Positions 1 to 6,384 of a DNA stretch of 9,305 bases are shown here, in pieces. A program made the translations under genes and the position numbers. The notes beneath the pieces are model-generated. The model had not been told where the DNA came from, made no database searches, and saw nothing but the letters and a program-made list of their open reading frames with translations. The stretch's first letter is position 1. Each line of letters opens with the position of its first letter. Origin of the DNA: Thermotogota bacterium (GTDB taxonomy: Bacteria > Bipolaricaulota > Bipolaricaulia > UBA7950 > UBA9294). The stretch is from contig JBDKUT010000118.1 of NCBI GenBank assembly GCA_039679545.1, positions 1-9,305 of the forward strand. The letters run 5' to 3'.

Positions 1-2
1 CG

Positions 3-347
3 GTCAACGCGGCTCTCGACGCCGTGCTGGTCGGCCCTCTCGGCGCCCCTGGCCTCGCGCTCGCCTCCGCGGTCGCCGGCGCCGTCGACGCGACCATCTT
101 GCTCGCGTTCCTGCGGCGACACGTCTCCTGGGGTCCTCTAGGACCTCGACTTCTTCTCATTGCCGGGGGAACCCTACTGATGGGAGGCGCGGCGTTCGCG
201 ATTCAGTCCGCCACGCGGACGACGCCTCTCGCTGTGCGCGTCTTCGCGCCCATCTTCGCTGGCATCCTGGTCTACGCGTTGTTTGTCCGTCTTACCGGGC
301 TGTGGGGCCTCGTGCGCCGTCACTCTGCCGACGCTCAGCCGTCGTAA
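3..347 (+). CDS. murJ: C-terminal part of a MurJ/MviN-type lipid II flippase (5'-truncated by the window edge)
   Basis: The frame is open from position 3 (VNAALDAVLVGPLGAPGLALASAVAGAVDATILLAFLRR...) to TAA at 345-347. The N-x-x-L...G-x-x-GLALA-S pattern followed by further hydrophobic helices and a basic tail matches the MurJ/MOP-family C-terminus. Only about 114 aa are visible. Confidence 0.75.
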   Translation, partial: VNAALDAVLVGPLGAPGLALASAVAGAVDATILLAFLRRHVSWGPLGPRLLLIAGGTLLMGGAAFAIQSATRTTPLAVRVFAPIFAGILVYALFVRLTGLWGLVRRHSADAQPS

Positions 348-640
348 CCGAGAGCGCGGCGACCGTCCGGCGAGAGGCGATCCGCCGTCCACGGTGGATT
401 CCATACCACGTGGACGGAGACGTCGGTGCCCGGCAAATCAAGTCGGATCGCCTCTTCGACGTCCGACGCGATGAGCCGCCCCATCGGACACCCCGGGCTC
501 GTGAGCGTCATGTCCACGTCGACGCGCCGATCACCCCATCGCACGTCGTAGATCAGTCCCAGGTCCACGACGCTGATTCCAAGCTCCGGATCGGTCACGC
601 CGTGAATCGCCGCCATCACCTGCTCGGTCGTCATCTCCAT
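335..640 (-). CDS. DUF59 / SufT-PaaD-like metal-sulfur cluster assembly factor (101 aa)
   Basis: Motifs DPELGISVVDLGLIY, MTLTSPGCP (conserved Cys) and VWNPPW. ATG at 640 is preceded by an SD-like GGGAGG, so I prefer it to the TTG at 652. TGA at 337-335. Confidence 0.92.
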   Translation of the reverse strand: MEMTTEQVMAAIHGVTDPELGISVVDLGLIYDVRWGDRRVDVDMTLTSPGCPMGRLIASDVEEAIRLDLPGTDVSVHVVWNPPWTADRLSPDGRRALGYDG

Positions 641-676
641 AGGCCCTCCCAATCGGCTTCGATCTGCCTGACCTCT

Positions 677-1861
677 TCAGGTAAGAGATAGATCCTGTGC
701 CATCCGCCGCGCCCAGCGATCGGCGGCGAGAAGCTCGCCGAGATCGCTCGCGTCGTGCCCGTCGCCCCCCATCTCCACGTGCCAGCGCCTGAGGATGGCG
801 GCCAATCCCCGGGCGATGCCGAGGAACGGAATCTCTTCACGCAAGAAGCGGTGCACGAGCACCTCGTCCGCTGCGTTGAGCGCTGCCGGCGCGCTGCGCC
901 CGATCCGCGCGGCTGACACTACGGTCGCAAACGCCGGGTACTTCGCGGGGTCGAGGGGACGGAACTCGACGTCGAGCGGGGACTCGAAGTCGAGCCGCGG
1001 CAGGTCCGTCGCCAGCCGGTCTGGGTACGTAAGCGCATACTGGATGGGAATCCGCATGTCGTGGGTCGCGAGCTGTGCAAGGATCGACCCGTCGCGGTAC
1101 TCGACCAGCGAGTGGACGATCGACGCCGGGTGCAGAACCACGCTCACTTGGTCGTACGACACGCCGAAGAGGTAGTGGGCCTCGATCACCTCGAACGCCT
1201 TGTTGACCATCGTCGCCGAGTCGATCGTGATCCTCGCACCCATTGCCCATGTGGGGTGCTGCAACGCATCCTGGGGCGTGACGCGGACGAGCGCACTCGG
1301 GGCGGTGTCGCGGAATGGGCCGCCCGAAGCTGTCAAGAGAATCCGCCGCACGTCTTTGCGCCGCCCGGCCTCGAGGCACTGGAGCACAGCGCTGTGCTCG
1401 CTGTCGATGGGAATGAGGTGGCCGCCGCCTGTCTTGAGCGCGTCGCGTACGAGGCTACCGCCTACGACGAGGCTCTCCTTGTTCGCCAGAGCGACGATCC
1501 TCCCGCGCGACACCCCGGCGAGCGTCGGCATCAATCCTACGGCGCCGACGAGAGCGTTGACGACCACATCCACGTCGTCTCCGGCGGCAAGGTCCGTCGG
1601 CCCTCCCTCTCCGCTCAGGACGCGCACGCCGGGAAAGCGGGCCTCGAGCCTCTCGGCGTGGACCGTCGATGCCACGGACACGACGTCCGGCTCGACGCGC
1701 TCAATCTGCCGTTCGAGGAGTTCGACGTTCGCTCCCGCCGCGAGTCCGACGATGCGCAGCGGTACGCCAGCGGCACGCAAGCGCTCCACGACGTCAAGGG
1801 TCTGAGTTCCGATCGAGCCGGTGGAGCCGAGTACGACGACGTTTCGGGGTCGCTTCGTCAT
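677..1861 (-). CDS. dxr: 1-deoxy-D-xylulose-5-phosphate reductoisomerase (MEP pathway, 394 aa)
   Basis: NADPH-binding VLGSTGSIG, LANKESLV, PIDSEH, LTASGGPF, HPTWAMG..ITIDSATMVNK..EVIEAH and DMRIPIQYAL. The real start is the ATG at 1861 ([12 protein letters not shown]), which overlaps the ftsH TGA (ATGA). The ORF-track extension to 2152 lies inside ftsH. Confidence 0.97.
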   Translation of the reverse strand: MTKRPRNVVVLGSTGSIGTQTLDVVERLRAAGVPLRIVGLAAGANVELLERQIERVEPDVVSVASTVHAERLEARFPGVRVLSGEGGPTDLAAGDDVDVVVNALVGAVGLMPTLAGVSRGRIVALANKESLVVGGSLVRDALKTGGGHLIPIDSEHSAVLQCLEAGRRKDVRRILLTASGGPFRDTAPSALVRVTPQDALQHPTWAMGARITIDSATMVNKAFEVIEAHYLFGVSYDQVSVVLHPASIVHSLVEYRDGSILAQLATHDMRIPIQYALTYPDRLATDLPRLDFESPLDVEFRPLDPAKYPAFATVVSAARIGRSAPAALNAADEVLVHRFLREEIPFLGIARGLAAILRRWHVEMGGDGHDASDLGELLAADRWARRMAQDLSLT

Positions 1862-3705
1862 CCGACGGCGGGAGAGGGCAGAAGCTGGTTCAAGAACCCC
1901 GTGAGCTCGTCGCCGGAGATCTCCTCGCGGGCCAGGACCTCCGCTGCGAGCTTGTCCAGAGCGTCCCGGTGCTTGGAGAGTATGTGCTTGGCCTTCTCGT
2001 ACGCCGCGATGAGAAGACCTCGGATCTCCCGATCGGCGAGTGACGAAATCTCTTCGGAGTGCTCGTTCGACTTCACGATGTCCTCGCCGAGGAAGACGTT
2101 GACCCGGTCGCTCCCAAGGCTGATGGGACCGAGTTCCTCGTTCATGCCCCATTCCACGACCATCTTGGTCGCCAGCTGCGTCGCCTCCCGAAGGTCGCTG
2201 CCGGACCCAGCGGCGAACTCGCTGAACACGATCTCCTCCGCGGCACGCCCGCCGAGGATCGCCGCAAGCTCGTCGTTGAACTCCTGCTGCGTGGGGTTGT
2301 AACGCTCCTCGAGCGGCAGCGACTGTGTCACACCCATGGAGCCGTGGGAGCGCGGGAGAATCGAGATCTTGTGGACGATGTTATCGCGAGGCTTGAGGAG
2401 GAACCCGAGGAGCGTGTGCCCGCTCTCGTGGTAGGCGGTGAGCTTCCGCTCCTTCTCGGTCGGGACGACGCTCTTCCGACGCAGCCCCAGGAAGAGGCGG
2501 TCGGTCGCCTCCTCGAAGTCGGACATCTCGATCGTCTCCTTATCCTTGCGCGCCGCGAGCAGCGCGGCTTCGTTGCACAGGTTGCGTAGGTCGGCGCCCA
2601 CGAAGCCCGGTGTCTTCCGCGCGAGGATCTCCGGATCGACGTCCGCGGCGACCTTCCGCGTCTTCAGGTGCACATTCAGGATCGCCACGCGGTCGCGGAG
2701 CGCCGGGTACGGCACCTGCACGCTGCGGTCGAATCGCCCGGGGCGCAAGAGCGCTGGGTCGAGCACGTCGGGCCGGTTCGTCGCTGCGAGGATGATGATC
2801 CCTCGATTCGGCTGGAACCCGTCCATCTCCGCGAGGAGCTGGTTCAGCGTTTGCTCCCGCTCGTCGTGTCCGCCGCCCAGTCCCGCGCCACGCTTGCGAC
2901 CCACCGCGTCAATCTCATCGATGAAGATAATGCATGGCGCGCTCGCCTTTGCTTTTTCGAACATGTCCCGAACGCGGGCCGCGCCTACACCGACGAACAT
3001 CTCGACAAAGTCCGAGCCGCTGATCGAGAAGAACGGAACCTTGGCCTCACCGGCGATGGCCTTGGCCAACAGCGTCTTCCCCGTTCCCGGAGCCCCCACA
3101 AGGAGGATCCCTTTCGGAATCTCGGCGCCGAGCTTCGAGAAGCGGCGCTGGTCTTTCAGGTACTCGACGATCTCCTGGACTTCTTCCTTGACCTCATCGA
3201 CCCCCGCGACGTCGGCGAATGTCGTTTGGGTCATGTCCGGGTTGACGAGCTTCGCCTTCGACTGACCGAACGTCAGCGCCCCCGCGCCGGTCTGGGTTCG
3301 CCGCATGATGTAGATCCAGACCGCAATCAAGAGCACGATGGGGAGAAGAGAGACGAGGATCGACACGAGCAGGTTGTTGCCCGACGGCGCCGCATACTCC
3401 ACGTCTTCGATGTACTGGTCCAGGAAGGCGGCATACGCAACCGAGTCTTGGGGAAGGCGGACCGTGATTTCCGTGCCGTCTTTCAGGACCGCCACGGCCT
3501 GCGACGAGTCCTCCTTCACATCCACCGAGGCGATCAGACCCTGCTCCGCCTTGCTGCGGAACTCCGAGTACGCGACCGCCTGCCGGTCGTCGCGCGGGCT
3601 GAGCCAGGTCTGGAGCGCGATCAGCGCGAGAATCACAACGATCGTGATGAACGCGATGTTCCGGAGGTTCCGGTTCCTCAAGTCCCGACTCGCATCCTTC
3701 TCCAT
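1858..3705 (-). CDS. ftsH: ATP-dependent zinc metalloprotease FtsH (615 aa)
   Basis: Two N-terminal TM segments, Walker A GAPGTGKT, pore motif MFVG, Walker [32 protein letters not shown], zinc motif HESGH and GGRAAEE. ATG at 3705 has an AAGGAG SD upstream. Confidence 0.98.
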   Translation of the reverse strand: MEKDASRDLRNRNLRNIAFITIVVILALIALQTWLSPRDDRQAVAYSEFRSKAEQGLIASVDVKEDSSQAVAVLKDGTEITVRLPQDSVAYAAFLDQYIEDVEYAAPSGNNLLVSILVSLLPIVLLIAVWIYIMRRTQTGAGALTFGQSKAKLVNPDMTQTTFADVAGVDEVKEEVQEIVEYLKDQRRFSKLGAEIPKGILLVGAPGTGKTLLAKAIAGEAKVPFFSISGSDFVEMFVGVGAARVRDMFEKAKASAPCIIFIDEIDAVGRKRGAGLGGGHDEREQTLNQLLAEMDGFQPNRGIIILAATNRPDVLDPALLRPGRFDRSVQVPYPALRDRVAILNVHLKTRKVAADVDPEILARKTPGFVGADLRNLCNEAALLAARKDKETIEMSDFEEATDRLFLGLRRKSVVPTEKERKLTAYHESGHTLLGFLLKPRDNIVHKISILPRSHGSMGVTQSLPLEERYNPTQQEFNDELAAILGGRAAEEIVFSEFAAGSGSDLREATQLATKMVVEWGMNEELGPISLGSDRVNVFLGEDIVKSNEHSEEISSLADREIRGLLIAAYEKAKHILSKHRDALDKLAAEVLAREEISGDELTGFLNQLLPSPAVG

Positions 3706-3731
3706 GACCGACTCCTTGTCGCTTCGCCCCG

Positions 3732-3761
3732 ATTGTAGCACCCGCCCGGAGGAGCGTCCAA
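3732..3761 (-). promoter_or_regulatory. Putative sigma70-type promoter for ftsH-dxr-DUF59
   Basis: Minus strand reads TTGGAC (3761-3756), an 18-nt spacer, then TACAAT (3737-3732) with an extended -10 TGn (3740-3738). It lies in the 84-bp plsY-ftsH gap. Confidence 0.65.
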
Positions 3762-3789
3762 CGCTGTTCTGAACAGGGTTGCGTGCAGA

Positions 3790-4440
3790 CTACTTCCGGA
3801 GGAGATACCTCCAGAACTGCAGATTGGGGAACGCACGCTCCGTCCCGGCAATCAGTCGGCGGATGTTGGCTCGGTGGGTGTACGTGATGAAGGCAGCGAG
3901 GATGAACGTCAGCGCGACGAACAAGGGCGGATACGGCGGCTCTCCAGGATGGAAGAGGGTGACGAGCGGCACGGCCCACGCGCCGAGGAGCGATCCGAGC
4001 GACACCCATCCGGATGCGACGACCGCGACAGCAAAGACGCCGACTCCGATGGCCACGGGGATCGGAAGGAGTGCGACCAGCATGCCGGCCGCCGTGGCGA
4101 CCCCTTTGCCCCCTCGAAACCCGATATACATCGGGAAGACGTGCCCCACCACAGCGACGATCCCACAGAGCACCGCGACGGTGGGTGCGTCCACAGGCAT
4201 TGGACCGAGAGGGAACGGGATGCGCGGAACCACGACGGTCGCAACGATTCCCTTGGCCAGATCGGTAACGAGAACGGCGACACCCAGGCGCCATCCGAGC
4301 ACGCGCCACGCGTTCGCCGCACCCGCGTTGCCGCTCCCGTGTTGGCGCACGTCCAGGCCTCGGAAGACACGCCCGAACACGACCGACGAGGGGAACGCCC
4401 CGAGGAGATAAGCCACGACGAGAACCGCCGCCAGCGCCAT
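3790..4440 (-). CDS. plsY: Acyl-phosphate:glycerol-3-phosphate O-acyltransferase PlsY (216 aa)
   Basis: AYLLGAFPS, motif 1 DVRQHGSGNAGAANAWR, DLAKG, GHVFP, motif 2 FRGGKGVATAAG and motif 3 HRANIRRLIAGTE. Multiple TM helices. Purine-rich SD (AGGAGGAAGGAAG) before the ATG. Confidence 0.96.
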   Translation of the reverse strand: MALAAVLVVAYLLGAFPSSVVFGRVFRGLDVRQHGSGNAGAANAWRVLGWRLGVAVLVTDLAKGIVATVVVPRIPFPLGPMPVDAPTVAVLCGIVAVVGHVFPMYIGFRGGKGVATAAGMLVALLPIPVAIGVGVFAVAVVASGWVSLGSLLGAWAVPLVTLFHPGEPPYPPLFVALTFILAAFITYTHRANIRRLIAGTERAFPNLQFWRYLLRK

Positions 4441-4452
4441 ACTTCCTTCCTC

Positions 4453-6294
4453 CTAGCTCCGGCCCACTTCGCGAGCGACGCTCGCCGCATCGAGAACCGC
4501 GATGGTGGCGCCCCCGGGCCCCGCGTGGCTTCCTAGGGCGGGCGCCGCGTCCGCTGTGAGCACGACGGCGGCGGGGAATTGTTCGTGGAGTGCAAGCTCG
4601 TAGGATTCAACGAGATCAGGAGCGTTCGAGTGGCTGATGGCGAAGATCGGGCAGTCCATGGAAGCCGCTCGTCTCGACACGAGGTCGAGAACGCGGCGGC
4701 GCGCAGAGCGGAGGCCAACGCGCTTGCCGGCCGAGGTCACTCGCCCTTCCCGCACGGTCAAGACGGGGAGAATCCTCAGCAAAGAAGCGATTCGCCCCTG
4801 CAGCGGAGAGACACGGCCACCTCGAACGAAGTAACGCACCGTGGGGACGTATACGTAGGTGTCGCTTGCTGCCGCCGAGGCCGCGGCTACTCGAGCACAA
4901 TCCTCGAGGGGAAGTTTCGCTTCGATCGCCTGCAGCGCAGCCCACACGACCAGTCCCTCCGCCGCCGATGCGGAACGGCTGTCCACGACCTGGATGGGTA
5001 CACCCGTCTCCGCGACGACTTGCCGGGCCGCAAGCTCCGCGCAGCTGTAGGTTCCGGAGACGCCAGCCGACAGATGCACGGAAAGAATCGCATCAAAACG
5101 GCTCGCAAGGTGGCGATACGTCGCCAGAAAGTCCGCCGGAGAAGGTTGCGAAGTAGTGGGAAAGGTCGGATCTACCTGAAGTCGCTCGTAGAACTGACGG
5201 GGGGTGATGTCGACACGATCGAGAAGGGTGTCGTCACCGAACGCCACGCGAAGCGGGATCACCTGCACGCGCCCGGCGGTGAGCATGGCCGTAGGCAAGT
5301 CACACACCGAGTCGGTCACGAGCGCCACGCCGGACCGAGGCTCGCACGGCTCACCAGGCGGAAGCGCCTGCCACATGTCGTCGACCTTTCGCCGCTCGAG
5401 GGTGCCGAACTCCTCAAGGGCTTCGAACACGAGGGCGGGTGCGTTCGAGTGGACATGTGCGTGGATCTCCTCGGCGGAGCCGGCCACGACCACCGAGTCT
5501 CCAAGATCGGCAAGCCTCTTCTGCACTAAGGCCCGATCCGCGTCCGACACAAGAACGACCGCCTCCGCACAGTAGCGGAAGTCGACAGGCTCTGATTCTA
5601 CCCTGCTTGAGAGGACGTCCGGCACGAGCGCCTCGTCCGAAGGCCCGACATCGCGGCGATCCTCGTGCCACAGATGGTCGCGGATCCCCTCCAGAAAACG
5701 GACGAATCCCAGTGCACCCGCATCGACGACGCCCGCCTTGCGAAGAACTGCGAGCTGATACTGTGTTTCAGCGAGCGAACGCCGGGCAACCTGCAGCCCT
5801 TCATCAAGCAAGACGCGAAAGTCGGGAACCCGGTTCTTGCAGCTCGCCAAGTGCTCCGCAACCGCTGTCATCACCGTGAGAATCGTGCCCTCTCGAGGCT
5901 GAGCGAGCGCCTCGCGGGCTCGGTCCGAAGCGTGTCGAACAGCCCGCGAGAAGCGCTCGACGGTCAGGTGTGCGCAGTCGGCCATCCCCTCTCGCAGACC
6001 CTGAAAGAACTGCGCAAGAATCACTCCGGAGTTGCCCTGCGCGCCGGACAGGGCGGACAACGCGATCGTCTTGCCGACGGCATCGAGGGAGGGAAGAGGT
6101 TGCCGAAGACCATCGACGACGGCCCGCATCGTGGCCGCAAGGTTCGTCCCCGTATCTCCGTCGGGAACCGGGAAGACGTTGATTCGGTTCAGCGCGTCGC
6201 GTGACGCGATGACCCGCTCGGCCCCCGCGATCACACACTGGCGTAGATGCTCCCGCGTCAGGACATGGGGAACCGCGGTATCGGAGTCAGACAT
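4453..6294 (-). CDS. DAK2-domain (FakA-like kinase) / DegV (FakB-like fatty-acid-binding) fusion protein (613 aa)
   Basis: N-terminal LNRINVFPVPDGDTGTN, GAQGNSGVILAQFFQG, PREGTILTV and GVVDAGALG (DAK2/FakA N domain). Middle YCAE...HAHVH (FakA middle-domain Cys/His motif). C-terminal VTDSVCDLP, TTSQPS, HLSAGVSGT, VVDSRSAS, GGR and HAGPG (DegV). The ATG at 6294 is preferred to the GTG at 6315 because the GTG falls inside the predicted promoter. Confidence 0.93.
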   Translation of the reverse strand: MSDSDTAVPHVLTREHLRQCVIAGAERVIASRDALNRINVFPVPDGDTGTNLAATMRAVVDGLRQPLPSLDAVGKTIALSALSGAQGNSGVILAQFFQGLREGMADCAHLTVERFSRAVRHASDRAREALAQPREGTILTVMTAVAEHLASCKNRVPDFRVLLDEGLQVARRSLAETQYQLAVLRKAGVVDAGALGFVRFLEGIRDHLWHEDRRDVGPSDEALVPDVLSSRVESEPVDFRYCAEAVVLVSDADRALVQKRLADLGDSVVVAGSAEEIHAHVHSNAPALVFEALEEFGTLERRKVDDMWQALPPGEPCEPRSGVALVTDSVCDLPTAMLTAGRVQVIPLRVAFGDDTLLDRVDITPRQFYERLQVDPTFPTTSQPSPADFLATYRHLASRFDAILSVHLSAGVSGTYSCAELAARQVVAETGVPIQVVDSRSASAAEGLVVWAALQAIEAKLPLEDCARVAAASAAASDTYVYVPTVRYFVRGGRVSPLQGRIASLLRILPVLTVREGRVTSAGKRVGLRSARRRVLDLVSRRAASMDCPIFAISHSNAPDLVESYELALHEQFPAAVVLTADAAPALGSHAGPGGATIAVLDAASVAREVGRS

Positions 6295-6303
6295 CGTGGC
6301 GGG

Positions 6304-6332
6304 ATGATACGGCACGCCGTCTCCGCGAACAA
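6304..6332 (-). promoter_or_regulatory. Putative sigma70-type promoter for the DAK2-DegV/plsY unit
   Basis: Minus strand reads TTGTTC (6332-6327), a 17-nt spacer, then TATCAT (6309-6304), with 9 nt between the -10 box and the ATG at 6294. Confidence 0.55.
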
Positions 6333-6362
6333 AAAGCGGGGCGGCCGACGTCGGCCGCCCCG
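6328..6362 (-). terminator. Rho-independent terminator of the surface-protein gene
   Basis: Perfect 26-bp GC-rich palindrome CGGGGCGGCCGACGTCGGCCGCCCCG (6337-6362), followed on the minus strand by CTTTTTGTT. It begins 22 nt after the TAG at 6385. Confidence 0.88.
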
Positions 6363-6384
6363 AAGATCGCGCGTAGGAAACCTG

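Noticed and set aside
631..840. 69-aa minus-strand ORF spanning the dxr end and the DUF59 start
   Set aside because: It overlaps the dxr C-terminus out of frame, with no recognisable features.
1862..2152. 97-aa N-terminal extension of Dxr in the ORF track
   Set aside because: It is Arg-rich off-frame sequence inside ftsH. Dxr homology starts at the ATG at 1861.
1061..3738. Long plus-strand ORFs (1061-2302, 1200-1805, 2438-3265, 2668-3738)
   Set aside because: They are antisense shadows of dxr and ftsH, expected in high-GC DNA with strong codon bias, and show no recognisable motifs.
3194..4309. 371-aa minus-strand ORF bridging plsY and ftsH
   Set aside because: It is an Arg/Gly-rich alternative frame overlapping two well-supported genes, with no motif and no frameshift signal seen.
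4303..4341. PlsY motif 1 variant GSGNAGAAN (Ala where Thr is usual) as a sign of inactivation
   Set aside because: It is a single small-residue change. The Ser, Asn and Arg of motif 1 and motifs 2 and 3 are intact.
6337..6362. 26-bp perfect palindrome as a REP/MITE or transposon end
   Set aside because: It is single copy in the window with no target duplication or transposase. Its position and U-tract fit an intrinsic terminator.
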